Part shown: positions 37,755 through 50,767 of the stretch, in pieces
Numbering within the stretch: the stretch's first letter is position 1
Layout: each line of letters starts with the position of its first letter
From: Azolla caroliniana
Lineage: Eukaryota; Plantae; Polypodiophyta
DNA: 64,000 bases
Assembly: GCA_043228905.1 (NCBI GenBank)
Contig: JBHGNT010000006.1
Location: 19,716,001 to 19,780,000 of the forward strand
Direction of reading: 5' to 3'
The notes under the pieces: model-generated
The model's input: only the letters and a program-made list of their open reading frames with translations
Database searches by the model: none
Told to the model about the DNA's origin: nothing
Position numbers and translations under genes: made by a program

Positions 37755-40042
37755 ATGTAAATTTCTCTATTTCTTAAAATAAACCAAACCATCTTGAATA
37801 TAAACATGTGTTTCTTGCGACTATTGATTTACAACAAAAAGTAACTATGCTGATAAAGTTGATATATGATCAAAATGTTTCGCTTACCTACTGAATGGCG
37901 TCATTTTTTTAGATTTAAAAAAAACTCCATTAATATGCATTTTTAGGAAATTGATAGAATATCTAGCAAACCATCTAGATAAGGTGTTGTACTTGATGAG
38001 TAATTTATTCATCACTAATGTAGGACCAAGAAGGGGCTTATCCATTCAAACTCTCAAGTACAAACTAGGATTTGTAATTATATTATAGCGTCTTAATGAA
38101 CTCTAGGTACCAAAAAGTAAAGGTAAGAGTTTCCATTGACACCTGTGTACTCACGCTATTTCTTGTTACCTATCGGACTTTGAACAAGTCCGATTACATA
38201 ATTGAAGTGCAAGTGATCATGATTTGAAATACGTCCACCACAAGTACTCAAATGACAAAATGCATGATTCACTCTTCTTTTCTACATAAAAAAAAGGAAA
38301 TAATAATAAGTATAACAAATGCAACCTAATAAAGCGAAAGTTGGTGGGATTCAAAATCCTCGGGTAATTTTTAGAGTTAGAAACAAAATAACTTACCACA
38401 ATGTAACATTACCCAAATTAAAAACATTTCAAAAATTTTGAACTAGGTGTTGATATGCAAAACATTTGGGTATTTCTAAGTAGGGACCCCTTGACCTTTT
38501 TATTTTTGTATGCATGAATGTGTTATGTACAGGTGAGGGTAGGTCGCTAATATTTACATAAGTGAAGGGTATGTTCACTAATGTTAGAAATGGACTAATT
38601 TGATTGGATAGAAGGAATGATAGGTGCATGCACTATCATGGTCTTGACAACCAATGAATGGAGAGTCTTTATAAAGGCACACCTATTCAAGGAGCCTAGG
38701 AAGAGTTATAAATATCGGGTTTACCTACCCTCATAAGCACATTACGTTGGAAGGTTGTTGTTATCTTAGACACCGGTGGTGTGGGCTAGTCTTTTGTCAC
38801 GACGATTGTGTTAATCTCTTCCAAGATATTAATCATCCTAATATCTAGCGGTATGGGACGTCGGTGGCAGGTTGGCTATGTCTAGATCATAGCTCAAGGG
38901 TGGTCGAGTGGAATGGGTTCTTCTATCCAAAATATTTACCTTGTTTTTACTTTACTTTAGTCTATTGATTAGTAATAGACTCTTAACATAGTGCCCCTAG
39001 AGTTTCAATGGACCTCCAAAATTGAGAAAAAGAGTGATCAATTGATGGTATGATTGCCCAGAACACAGATTGTTGAGAAAAAGGGGATGAGTTGGCTTTT
39101 CGATTGCTCATGACAGAATAACATACAACCATTTGACAAGGGGTTAACGAAGGGCATTCGAGAAACAAGAAAGTCTCGAGGGCATTTCAAAGGTCAGGGT
39201 TTTTCAATAGTTTGCTCTTTCTTTTAAGACTTGTAACTTTGAAAGAGGAAATTTCGAAATTCCTTATAGCCCAGTTACAAGTTCCAATGCTTGAAAACAC
39301 GCCATTGTTTGCGAGCAACAACTAAATTCAAAAGTGTTCTTTACGGTTTCAAACTAGAGGTACAAAAGCTGCCTTTAAATTAAACAGTCAAATTTCAATC
39401 TATTGGGGTTCCTGTCCATAATAATGAACAACATCGAGTTATTTTGAATGAACGAATAATATTGTTCCAATCATATTTATGGAACGGTTTCGAAACAAAC
39501 CGAAAGATATCGTTAACGAATACTCAGGAAAATATGCTGATACATGTTAGAACTATGAAACGCAGATGGCTTGTTCATGTTCCAAAATATGCATATATGT
39601 TCCTAATCACTTCGAGATTAATCTTACGTTAATAACGTAATGTTGGTGGTTGATTTGTTATTTGAAGTGTCAAGTCACCATGGGATAACGAGGTTTTTTT
39701 AGAGTGTAAATCTTTTAATTTTTCTTTAACCCTTCCAAAACAAAGTAATTTATCGGTATGTAGAGAACCATATTCTCTCAGTAATTATTTCTTTTTCTTT
39801 TACCTGGAAAATAAACAAAGATCTATGTATGTTAATATTTATTTATATAAAAATATATGTATTGTACTTATGCGTGTGTGTGTTTTTTTATATGTATGTG
39901 TATATTTTATTTGTTGTTTACTTATATATATATATATGTTAATCCTTTTTTTTGGTTGAGAAAAAAACAAAATAACCCCAAAAAAAAAAGCTAGCGAAAA
40001 CTTAAAAACCAGAAACACGAGAATGTAGATAATGCTGGGTCG

Positions 40043-40237
40043 GCCACGTGGCTATTTTCCACGTGGAACCACGTGGCAGGCGCTTCTTGGAAATTTTTTG
40101 CCATGTCAGCAGATCTGCTGCCCTGGTAGGAGGCGCATGGGCAATCACGTGGGCTTTTTTCGATCCGCGCCCACGTCACCGGTCGCCACGTGGCATTATT
40201 GAATGAGGGCTATCCAAATTTCGATATCCGACGTGGC
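40043..40237. promoter_or_regulatory. G-box/ABRE cluster upstream of the DUF506 gene
   Basis: Five CACGTG (40045, 40060, 40070, 40146, 40187) plus CCACGTCA (40171) and ACGTGGC (40231) in a GC-rich island within AT-rich DNA. Confidence 0.75.
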
Positions 40238-41267
40238 AGGCTTATCTTCTCGAAGTTGCAGAGCCAAAGAGCTTAAATAAAATTTGATTAAATATATATC
40301 ATATTTATAGATTTAAATGAATTATTTATTTATTTATTTATTGCCCCTCCGCCCGCAGATCAACAAATAAAATGAGATAAAAAAACAAATTTCCATATTG
40401 TTGTTTTTTTTTAATGAGTCGGTAAATAAATAAATAAATAATAATAATAAATTTATTTCTTTTTGGAAAATCTGGGAAAGCAACAAATTCGAGACCGGAC
40501 GGATATTTCTATTTTCTGTTTTTTTTGTTTTTCGTAGTTATTTTATTTTCTGATTTTCTATTTTGTTTTCTTTTATTTTTCTTCTTCTTCTTACTTCTTC
40601 TTCTTCTTCACATGGAAAAGCTTCATCCGCCATAGCCTCCCCTCTCAGAGAAGACGACCACTTCCTTCTTCTTCTTCTTCTTCCTTCTTCTTCCTTCATC
40701 AAGACAGTAATCTGAATCCCCACACCATCGCTCCCTTCTCCTTCTTCTTCTTCTTCTTCTCCTTCTTCCTTCTTCTTCCTTCTTCAAGACAGTAATCTGA
40801 ATCCCTACACCATCGCTCCCTTCTCCTTCTCCTTCTGCGTCTTCTCCGTGCCTGTCATCTGAAACACGCTTCGCCATCGCTTGCTTCTTCTCTCGTTAGA
40901 TTCTTCATCCCCGTGACAGTAATCTGTGAAAATACTGCACTATCGCTCCGCCTCCTTCCTGATCTGTTGACACTGAATGTTTGGCTAATTTGTTTCTTCC
41001 CTTTAATTTCCCACTCCTCCTTTCTTTTTGCCTGTTCATTCCTGTCTGTTCCATCGCTAGCTTCTCCATAAACTGGACGGCTCTACGAAGAAGAATCGGA
41101 CGTGCTTCTCCTTTCCTCCTCCTCCTTCGTCTTCGTTGCAGCTATCTGTATCCGCCATCGCAGCTTCTCCTTTTCTGTGTTTCTTTTTGTCTTTGTAATT
41201 TCTTGAAAGTTCTCCAAAACTAATTCCCGACACACAAACTATACTGTATTATATAATCCCTGCAGCC

Positions 41268-44019
41268 ATGCCTGGCCTTATCCACCAAATCCGCCCCTTC
41301 ACAGATCAGAGAGAAGCTTCTTCTCTAGCCAAACCAAAACCTAATGTATTTCCTCATCGTGTGAATATGTCCTCTAACAATCACCACAGGCTTCCTCTTC
41401 TTCCTTATGATCAAGAAATCCCCACTAAACCTCCACCTTCGGCTACTCGTGTTCCTATCAGAGGATCCTCGGGTGTTCTCCATGCTAACGCCCCATATCC
41501 GCCTCAGAACGGAGATTTATTGCAAAAGTCGTCAATGGTTAATAATCTTCCCTATGGCGTTCACGAGAGGCTGACAACACTTGCTACACATGCTTCTTCT
41601 GCCTGTGGCTATGGAAGTAGTGGCAGCTTGCATAATGAACCTAGTTCTGTTTGCCTTGCAGCCATGGTGGATGAGTTCATGGAGAGCGAGAATATATATG
41701 GTGCTTGCAAGCAGAGTGACTATGGACATCATTTTATGATCAGTAGTGATCATAATGGCATGAACAGTAGTACCACGATGAAAGATCGTATAATTGACGA
41801 AGATGTTCTGGACAGAAACTTGAGCATGGAAACATCGGGCCTATTTCAATCGCTGCAGGTTTGTGAGAGATTAAGCTTTAATTTTTGTTTAGTTGTTTGA
41901 CTAAGGACGTGTTTTGGTTTGATATTTTACTACTAAAACCTCAAATCAAGCATTTAGATTGATGATGAAGCTTCATTTTGATGCTGATGCTAAGAAATCT
42001 TGAAATGGCGTCTCTTCTAAGATTGAATAAAAAATATAAAGGCTTGGTGGTGGTGGTGGTGTTAAGAAGATAGATTTGTCCCGTATGTATTGTCTAAAGC
42101 TTGATGAAGCTTTAGCTAGATGATAAAGGCATCCTCATCCTAGTTCTTATATTTTCCCTGAAAATTTCATGTCCAAAGCTTAACGTAATGATGGGAGTAT
42201 ACCTGTTGTCTTTTCAAGAAGAGGGTTTTGCCTCAGCATTTCTTGTCTAAAGGTCGCCATGTTTTCATAAGAGAGTGTTTTGCCTTGTCATGTCCAGGCT
42301 AAAGGTTAATATTTTGCAGATCTATATTAAAAAAGTCTCCTTCAGAAGGTCCTTTTTTCCTCGGCATTATCTCGATCAAGTTGAATCAGTACTATCTTGT
42401 TGTTTAGTTAGGAATCCCTTTTTGCCTAGCCCGAATCTTGAGCTCCTACATCAGTAAGTCCATATTATGGCTTTAGAGTGTACTGCTAAAAGTGTCTGCT
42501 CTAGTTTACAGTAATATCTCCTTGTGCATTTTACTTTCAAATATGTCGCTTAAAGATCAAACTTTATAGTAGATTGGTAAGATATTACTCCTGAATAGTG
42601 AAGAAGATGTTTTCAAATTTGTATTTCAGGGATTGGTTCTTCAGGCTTCCTCAGATGAGGCGGAAACACTGTTATTGAAGGATGTGGAGAAGATTTTGAA
42701 ATCTCTTTCAGCACAAGGGCCTGGACTGACAGCTTGTGATAGAGATGGACGGAGAAATGCAAACCTTGCTCATGGATGCATGAAGAGGATCGTGATAAGT
42801 CATCTTCAGAAGCTTGGGTACAATGCAGCAATCTGCAAGAGTAGATGGGATCATTCAGGTGCCCTATCTGCAGGTATGAATAATAATAATCTGCTGCTAT
42901 ACCACATGACAGAATAAGAACTAAAGAAAAAATCTAAAATATTACTTTCTTTTGATTCCCCAAACAACTAGACAAAGAGCGATGAATTAAGTATAATCGG
43001 TCAATTAGCACATTTTATTAAGATAGAGCTGGACGATTTGACCATCCCATTGCTCAGAGAACACATGTGATTGCTCTTTCAATTGTGTTAAGCAAGTGTA
43101 ACAAAAACTCACTAGGCTTTTAGGGATATAGACTAAAGCACTGTTATTATTAGGGTTTAGTGTTTCCTTCAAGAACCACACTACGCTTTCTTTGTCTTTA
43201 AAATATTAAGTTTTCTGGCCGAGGTTGAATTGCTTAATATGTTATTGGAGGGTGTTTAACATAGTTGTATGTAATTCTTTTCATTCAGGTGACTATGAAT
43301 ATATCGATGTTTTGTTGCTCACGAATCCGCAGTATAGTAAGTCAAAGCAGTCTTTGAGGCTTATTGTGGATATAGATTTTCAAGCACAGTTTGAAATCGC
43401 TCGTCCAACAGAGGATTTTTCTATGATTTGGCAACTTCTCCCTCCAATTTTTGTAGGGAAGCCAGATAAGCTTCAACGCATAATAGTTCTCATGTCAGAA
43501 GCTACCAAGAAATCCCTAAGAGTGGAAGGATTGCATCTCCCACCTTGGAGAAAACTAAGTTATATGAAAGCGAAATGGTTCTCATCATATAAAAGAACCC
43601 TGAACTGCAACATCAGCTCTATTCAGCCTTGCAAACAGGGAGAATTTATACTTAATGGTTTCAAAAACTCAACTAAATATACTAATGAGTCAGAGATGCT
43701 ATACCATGGAATAGATCCCATGCAGTCTACAGTTAACAATGTACTTACTAACAGCAATCACATGGATAAACGAACAAGCAATAAGATAACTGGTTTGGTA
43801 ACCGAGCGGAAGCATGTGAACAACAATATCACACCTATGAAACAAAACAAGGATCAGATAACTGTCTTGGCATCAGATTGGCAGCTTCCAGCCATAGCCA
43901 AGAAAAGCTTGGATCCTAGTTCAAGGTCAAAGCAGGGCGGTAAAGTCACTGGATTAGTTTCACTAATGTTGCAGAGCCGTGGCGAATCAGCTCATGGTAT
44001 CATGGCAGGTGCATCGTAA
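41268..44019 (+). CDS. Plant DUF506 (PDDEXK-like) family protein, 3 exons: 41268-41858, 42630-42873, 43289-44019 (about 521 aa)
   Basis: LAAMVDEFME, LGYNAAICKSRW, GDYEYIDV, RLIVDIDFQAQFEIARPT and HLPPWRKLSYMKAKW motifs; GT-AG introns with consistent phases. Confidence 0.93.
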
Positions 44020-45283
44020 GAAGATGGATATATTGACGGAAAAACATCAATATATATGCCTCTTAACACAGTTGTCTTTTGGCCATTAGATCACATATAA
44101 AGGTAGCCATAACCAGATCATAAGGTAACCAATCAAGGACAATTATGTTTTGGGAGTTTTTGAGATTGCAAGGACTAGGAAAGGCTGATTATTCTCTAAA
44201 TGTGATATGATCAAGAGAGAATAACTAAACAAAATAGAAAAGCTAAAATGCTGGTCCTCTCAATATTTGGTAATCTCAGGATTGTATACTGTGTGCGTGT
44301 GTGAGTGTATAGATAGTATATAAATACAAATACATAGATAGATAAAATACTTACCTACTACTGAATAGTGGAGGAGTTATATATACAAAAGGTGCGAATT
44401 CTGCCCGTGGTTCTTTCATTACATTCAAGGGTCCTCTTTAACTTATGTACAGAGGACACTGAGATTTCCCTAGGTTTTTCGAGGATGGGAGTATTTGTTA
44501 TTTCTCTTTTATGGTTCAGTTTTGTATGAAAATCATAATGGAATTCCAAGGTTCAGTTTTGTTGATGAATGTAGCATTTTTGAATGTTTTGATCACATCA
44601 ATAAGCGCTATCTATCTTTATATTGTCAACGCAATAATATATGTCTTCATTGGATCGTGCGTGTTTGTCAACACAATATGTTTACTATTTCAAAAATCTA
44701 GATCTGGCATTTGCAAGTGGACAAGGAGAGTCAATGTCTTGAACTGTGCAGTGGTTTAAATCTCCAAAAGGCAATCTTTGAAAGCAAGTTGGTTGCATTT
44801 TTTGTTCCTATGGTAAGTTTCTGTTTTCTTGTCCGAAAAGGTTTTCTTACCAGTCGAAGAGTTTGGGTTCTTTAATGAATGGTATGGAATTTACTAGTCA
44901 ACCGACCCCCTAATCCGGAAAAAATAAGCTGATTTCGTTGATGGACCATGAAAGTGTTAAAAGAGTGCGATGAAATGCAAGGTGCATAAAGATCGGTTAT
45001 CCAGTAATTCCTTCTTTTGAAAGGTAAGAAAACCTGAGGGGCGAGAAATTCTCCAACCGGAAAACCTCGTCGTCTTATCTGTAGATCTCCTTAATTAATA
45101 ACGATAAAATCAATGGCTATATTTTATATCATTACAATCTGATTGTTCGATCATCTACGAACTTTTGGATCTCTAGCGTTTGAGAGTGAAATCTGTGTGC
45201 AAGGAAGAAGAGAATGGAGGAGAGGCACATAATGAAAAGACCTTAGAACTCACTTGAGGAAGAAGCTAAAGCAAGAGGAGATG

Positions 45284-45401
45284 AAAGGGATGAGAAGATG
45301 TCCTTAGAGAGAAGGTAACACCTTAGTGGGAAAAGGAGAACCAAAGGGATGAGAAGATGTCCTTAGAGAGAAGGTAACACCTTAGTAGGAAAAGGAGAAC
45401 C
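45284..45401. repeat. 59-bp tandem duplication
   Basis: AAAGGGATGAGAAGATGTCCTTAGAGAGAAGGTAACACCTTAGT.GGAAAAGGAGAACC at 45284 and 45343. Confidence 0.9.
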
Positions 45402-46151
45402 AACACTGTAGTACCAACCAATGAATTTGCCATTGTGGGCAAAAGTTGATGTAACTAGGTAGCTTCAAAGTCAAAGTCCTTAATTCGTGTTTTTGGATAT
45501 TGAGGAACCAAAAATCCGAGTTGAGAGGTGTGACAAATGTTTTACGTATGGCTCGAAGCAAAGTCAATAAAAAATCCAATTTCTATATCTTGCAGGTCCT
45601 AGTATCCTTGAACAAGTATTCTAGATAAAAACATCTTCTTCCTTGTCGGTGAATAAACTTAATAAGAGTTGTTATATCATGGATTATGCAAACGAAAAGA
45701 GAAACAAAAAGTATTTTCTTCGAGAGATTGAGATGCACAAATATTCATGGGTTTTGCTGATCTCCTTGTGAACCATATTGTTTATGAATACTCCGCAATG
45801 CTTCATTTAATTATTCTACACCACCAAAATTTTATTGTTATGCTTGGTTTTCTATTTGCACAAGTGCCATGCCTAGCCATTGTCTAGCTTTTCTAACAAC
45901 TTGTTGATTGGTTGGCACCCTCAACTTCATGGGAATGTCATTACAAACCTAGTGCCAAGTTGCCATGAACTAATTAGAGACAAAAACATTATTTTCAAGT
46001 TCATTGGATTCATTTCTATGTGCAATTACTTTCAACTGGACGAAAAGGTCATATATTGTCTCATAAATTGAATTATCCAACAATCAGTGCACTTTGCAAG
46101 TAGCACTAATCTCTTGAACTTTCATTCATAATGATATTAGAAAGAATTTGG

Positions 46152-47267
46152 CATTGTTGTAGATCAGGGCAAGAATTTGACTAGTGTCATGCTCGTCAAA
46201 GGCCATTTTGGTAGTAAAAAACACATATAATAAAAATGCTTGTCAAGTGACATATAAAGTTTAAATTTCCATTTTCATGTGAAAGGCCCCTACAAATAAT
46301 GCATGTCAAATGACATGATAAAATTCTATTTTCCATGTCATATATATTATATATACATATGTCACTTATGAAGTGTGTATAATAATATATTTATACTATA
46401 TGTTTTTTTTCCATAAAAGTATGTGTTTTTTATCACACGTTTAAAATAATATCATCATGATGTAATAATGATATATATTCTCAAATATTTATTCTTTACT
46501 AATAATATTAGTTAAAATTTGATTGAAATTTTAAACAATAACCTTTATTAAATACTTTAAGAATGTAAACTCTAGGTTTGATTTTAATGTTTGAAGTTTT
46601 AAGTTAAATCTAAATTTTTTTACTTAACCATTTTTTCATACTTATTAGTAAAAACATTAACACGATATTTATTTTATGTATTTCATTAACTTTGTGCGGT
46701 AGTTATGTTTATTTGTGCATCTTTGTGTACTTTCTATAGTAATGAAATGTATAACAATGAAATGTCATATAGAGCTTTTCATTATTAAAATTTGTATGTC
46801 AAATGACATGTTAGTTTTTGCACTCTCATGTCATATGACATGCATCTTTAAAAAATGCCCGTCAAAAAACTTTAATACTAACCCGTCAAATTCAAGCCCT
46901 GGTTGTAGAATACTTAGCATACTATACGTGTAGAATGCGTATGCTAAATATTCTATCTACAAGTATTCTAACTTCTTTTTTTTAAACTTAGATTACGTAC
47001 TTTACAAATAAAATACGTTAAATACTTAGAATACTTATACATGTAAAATACGTTAAATACTTCTTAAATTGTAAGGTTTACTTTTCAAAAAAATAAATTT
47101 AAAATTTAAAACTTTTTTGAGATGTTAAATACTTGTTAAATACGCAGAATACGTCAAATACATCAAAATTATAAAATGGCAGTTCTAAAACATAGAATAC
47201 GTGTAGAATACTTCAGAGTATTCTAAAACGTATTCTAAACGTAGAATACGTGTTGTTAACAACTATG
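46152..47267. mobile_element. hAT-type MITE (outer) with TAGAATACGT subterminal repeats
   Basis: 8-bp TSD GAATTTGG/GAATCTGG; termini CATTGTTGT...ACAACTATG. Confidence 0.65.
46165..46901. mobile_element. hAT-type MITE (inner)
   Basis: TIRs CAGGGCAAGAATTTGAC / GTCAAATTCAAGCCCTG; GTTGTAGA duplicated on both sides (one extra T on the left). Confidence 0.8.
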
Positions 47268-48895
47268 GAATCTGGTTGCAAAATGAATTTCTAAACAAGG
47301 TAATAAATTTTGTTTTGGAAAGTTTGCTCCAACCTCTAGAGCAAACATGGGCCATAGTGAGAGATTGAGCTCTTTTTATCATAGATTCATTTGAAAATTT
47401 CTAGTTGGACCAAACATTTCCTTTAGGGAATGTTTACATTGTGAACTAAGGTAATAAATATATGCATATATTTAATTACATAATTAGTAAATACTACAAT
47501 AAAACAATTAGCCCTTATTTCGGCACATAGATGTTAAAAATATCTCATCCACATCCGAGAGGTTGGAGATATTGAATTGGAACATATACATAAATGCCAT
47601 AAGCTCATGATAAGTTTATGAATAGTTACATGGATTTATTCAAAATTTTCTAGTTGGACCAAACATTTACTTTTAGCCCATTATTTTGGCAAATAAATCT
47701 CAAACATCTCAAACTCTCAACTAGGCTCCAATGTTTCATTTAAAGAGAAGAATCCTACTCATCCCTCAAGTGGGTTCCTAGGTTACACTTAGATCACATT
47801 TATGTGTTACCAAAGGGAGATGAAGCCTCCTCATCCCTCAAGTGAGTTCGTACGTTACACTTAGATCATGTTTACACGGTTCACAGTTCAAGGATGTCTT
47901 GAGGGAAAAACCTTGATGCTTTTTGAAATATTACATGACGCTTCCATAAACTTGTCTACCAGTCCTTGCATGCTTGTTGCTTTTCTCAAGTAAATTTCAT
48001 ACACCCGTTGCATATCAAATGAGCCATTGTAAAAGATTAAAGACCATGCAATTATTTTGGACATGTATAGAATAGAATCCTTCAAGAAAATCCAAACTAT
48101 TTGAAACATGTTGCTTTTCTTGAATAAACTTCTTGCACCAATTTGCATATCAAATGAGCCATTGTATAATATTAAAGACAGAAACAATTATTCTGCAGAT
48201 GTAGAGAAGAATCATTCAAGCATCTAAACTATTATAGACATGCCAAGAATCATCACATCTCTAACAATCTAAAAGCAAATGTCACACGCAATTCTATGGA
48301 ATTTCATGTAATCTCAAGACAAGAATATTTTGTAATACACCACTTGCCAATTTAAAATATTTATTTGACAAACAAATTTATTAAAATACATCTAAGCAAT
48401 TATTCAACCACGTTTTGTATACTATAGTCCAGATGATTGTTGCCACATTCATAAGCTTCAACTTTAACAAATACTAGATATTTTCTACAATAACAAAGCT
48501 CAATGCTTTCATTGATTCTGTGCCACACAAACTATGTATGTCAGACAGCTAAAGTTTCCTGACATACCACATATTGGAACTAAGGACCATTGCCACTTGC
48601 TAACCCATTGATTTGATTTACAGTCTACGATGTTTTCCTTGTCAATACTGATTAAAAACCTTAAGCACGTTATACTCAAAACGATGGGCCAAAATGCTTT
48701 TGTTTAATCATGAGTGCATGGATACAGAAGAGCATTCTCATTGTTTAATTTTACACAACTAAGATATTATTACACCTTACAAATAAATGAGATCAAGAAC
48801 AACAAGGGGCTGAATGGGAGGATTGTAATCCTTTTGAACAATAGATGATTACAAGACTCCATTCCGCAATAATTTGAATCGACATCCATCATGTG

Positions 48896-50721
48896 TCAAT
48901 TTTTGCCCTCCATAAAGTTTTCTAACAGTTCTGGTGCATAGCGCTTGGCAAGTATATCCAGTTTCTCTAAAAACTGTCTAGTTCTATTTTCACCAAGCTG
49001 TTTTGTCATTTGTTTCCATCGAAACAAAGTGATGTTTCCAGATCTGAAAAGATTAATAGTTTTATGCTTTACTCATTTAAGTGATTTACAGTATTAATCA
49101 ATTATCATGGCAAGTGTAAATCAATTAAGTGATTTACAGTATTAACCCTAAACCCTAAATCTTTCATCTGGAGGAAAAACACACATACCTATGATGTAAG
49201 ATATTATCCCAATCAACTTCCTCTTCAGCACAAGCTCCAGATTCTAGTAAACTGCATTAGAGTACATATTAAACATTAGTAAACATTACGAATTGTTAAC
49301 TGCAGGTTAAGAGAATGCACAATACACCTTTTCACCAAAAGAAAGTCGTCTTCATTATCCCAGATACCTTCATTTACCATTGACGAACACAATTGATAGT
49401 ACCTATAATCAAAATTGTCTCCATAAGTTGCTCATTATTCAGTCCAGGGCAAGGATTTAAAACAAAAAATCCATTTATCTAACCATTTCCCGCAACATGC
49501 ACCATGACTATGATTCCCAATATCATCAGCAATTTTTTCCCAGCTAATATCATCTCGCAGCTGCAAATGGCAAATTTTAGTAACATGTACAATTAGTAAC
49601 TAATTGAGACTGGTATCATGGGCCTACAATGCGGCGATCACTCTTGTTCTGTTGTTCTATATTCAGTAAGGCTTTAATTCGAAAGCATTTATGCACTTGT
49701 TCTGACAGCTTCTGCAATTCTTCCTGTGTCCATTTGCCTACAGTAAACATAGAAGACAGCTAGAATAAATTACATGCCATGTAATCAGATTAAAGTGGGT
49801 TCAGAGAGAAATAAAGAACATCTCCCTCAAAAGATTCAAATAACAGCTCATTATTTTAGGTCTTTTGCAATCTCATTATGGCCTTGAGAGATAAGATCAT
49901 GCAATTCATCCAAACATATATTTTATTTGTCTTTGCCATAATATTGACTCAAAATAGAGTGTTCCATCAAGTTTTAAATTATTAAAAATAATGAGACAGT
50001 AACATCCTACATAGCTTACAACTTGTTTTGGCTAATTTCAAAACTAAACTTTGGGTGGACAAGGAACTCCAATGAACATATGATATACCACAATGCCTTG
50101 CCAACAAAGACTTAAAATTTTTTAAATAGGTAAGTTCAGAGTGTATGTGACAGACGTGCTAAACGATCACATGCTACTGCAATCTAATAGTTAAGCTGAA
50201 TCCTCAAAGCTATTGCACAACATGAAGAGCCAAGAGAAAAAAATAGCTGAATTTCCAAAGAGAAAAATTTTAACCTGACAAACTTGCAATGACAACACCT
50301 AATATGAAAAAAACACCGAAATAAAAAAAAAAACTCTTAAAATTTTATATTTCTTTCAAGACAAGCACAACCAATAGAAAAAATGTTGAAGCATCTGACT
50401 GAATGTTTAGAAACACTAAGAAGCATCAGTTGTAGTTTTTACATTTTGAGATAATTACCTGGCCCCTTTGCTCTTTTCAAAGTTCTCCATTTTTCTTTTA
50501 TGCTCATGCGATCCCTACCCAACAATTGTGAAAATTCTTTCCACTTATGCCCACGTTCTCTTTGCAATCTTCACAAAATAAATCAGATGTCAGAATATTA
50601 CTAGAAATTAAATTCGATTGTCTATAGTATTATTCATCCTAAGACGCAGTCAAATTTTTAAATTGTTTATGTCAATATACATGTTGATAAACATGTGTTA
50701 TTTATGTTATTTGGCTGATGT

Positions 50722-50767
<46 letters not shown>

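Noticed and set aside
38576-38993. CACTA element or solo LTR (CACTAATGTTA...TAACATAGTG, internal TATAAATA)
   Set aside because: No matching 3-bp or 5-bp TSD, so neither model can be supported
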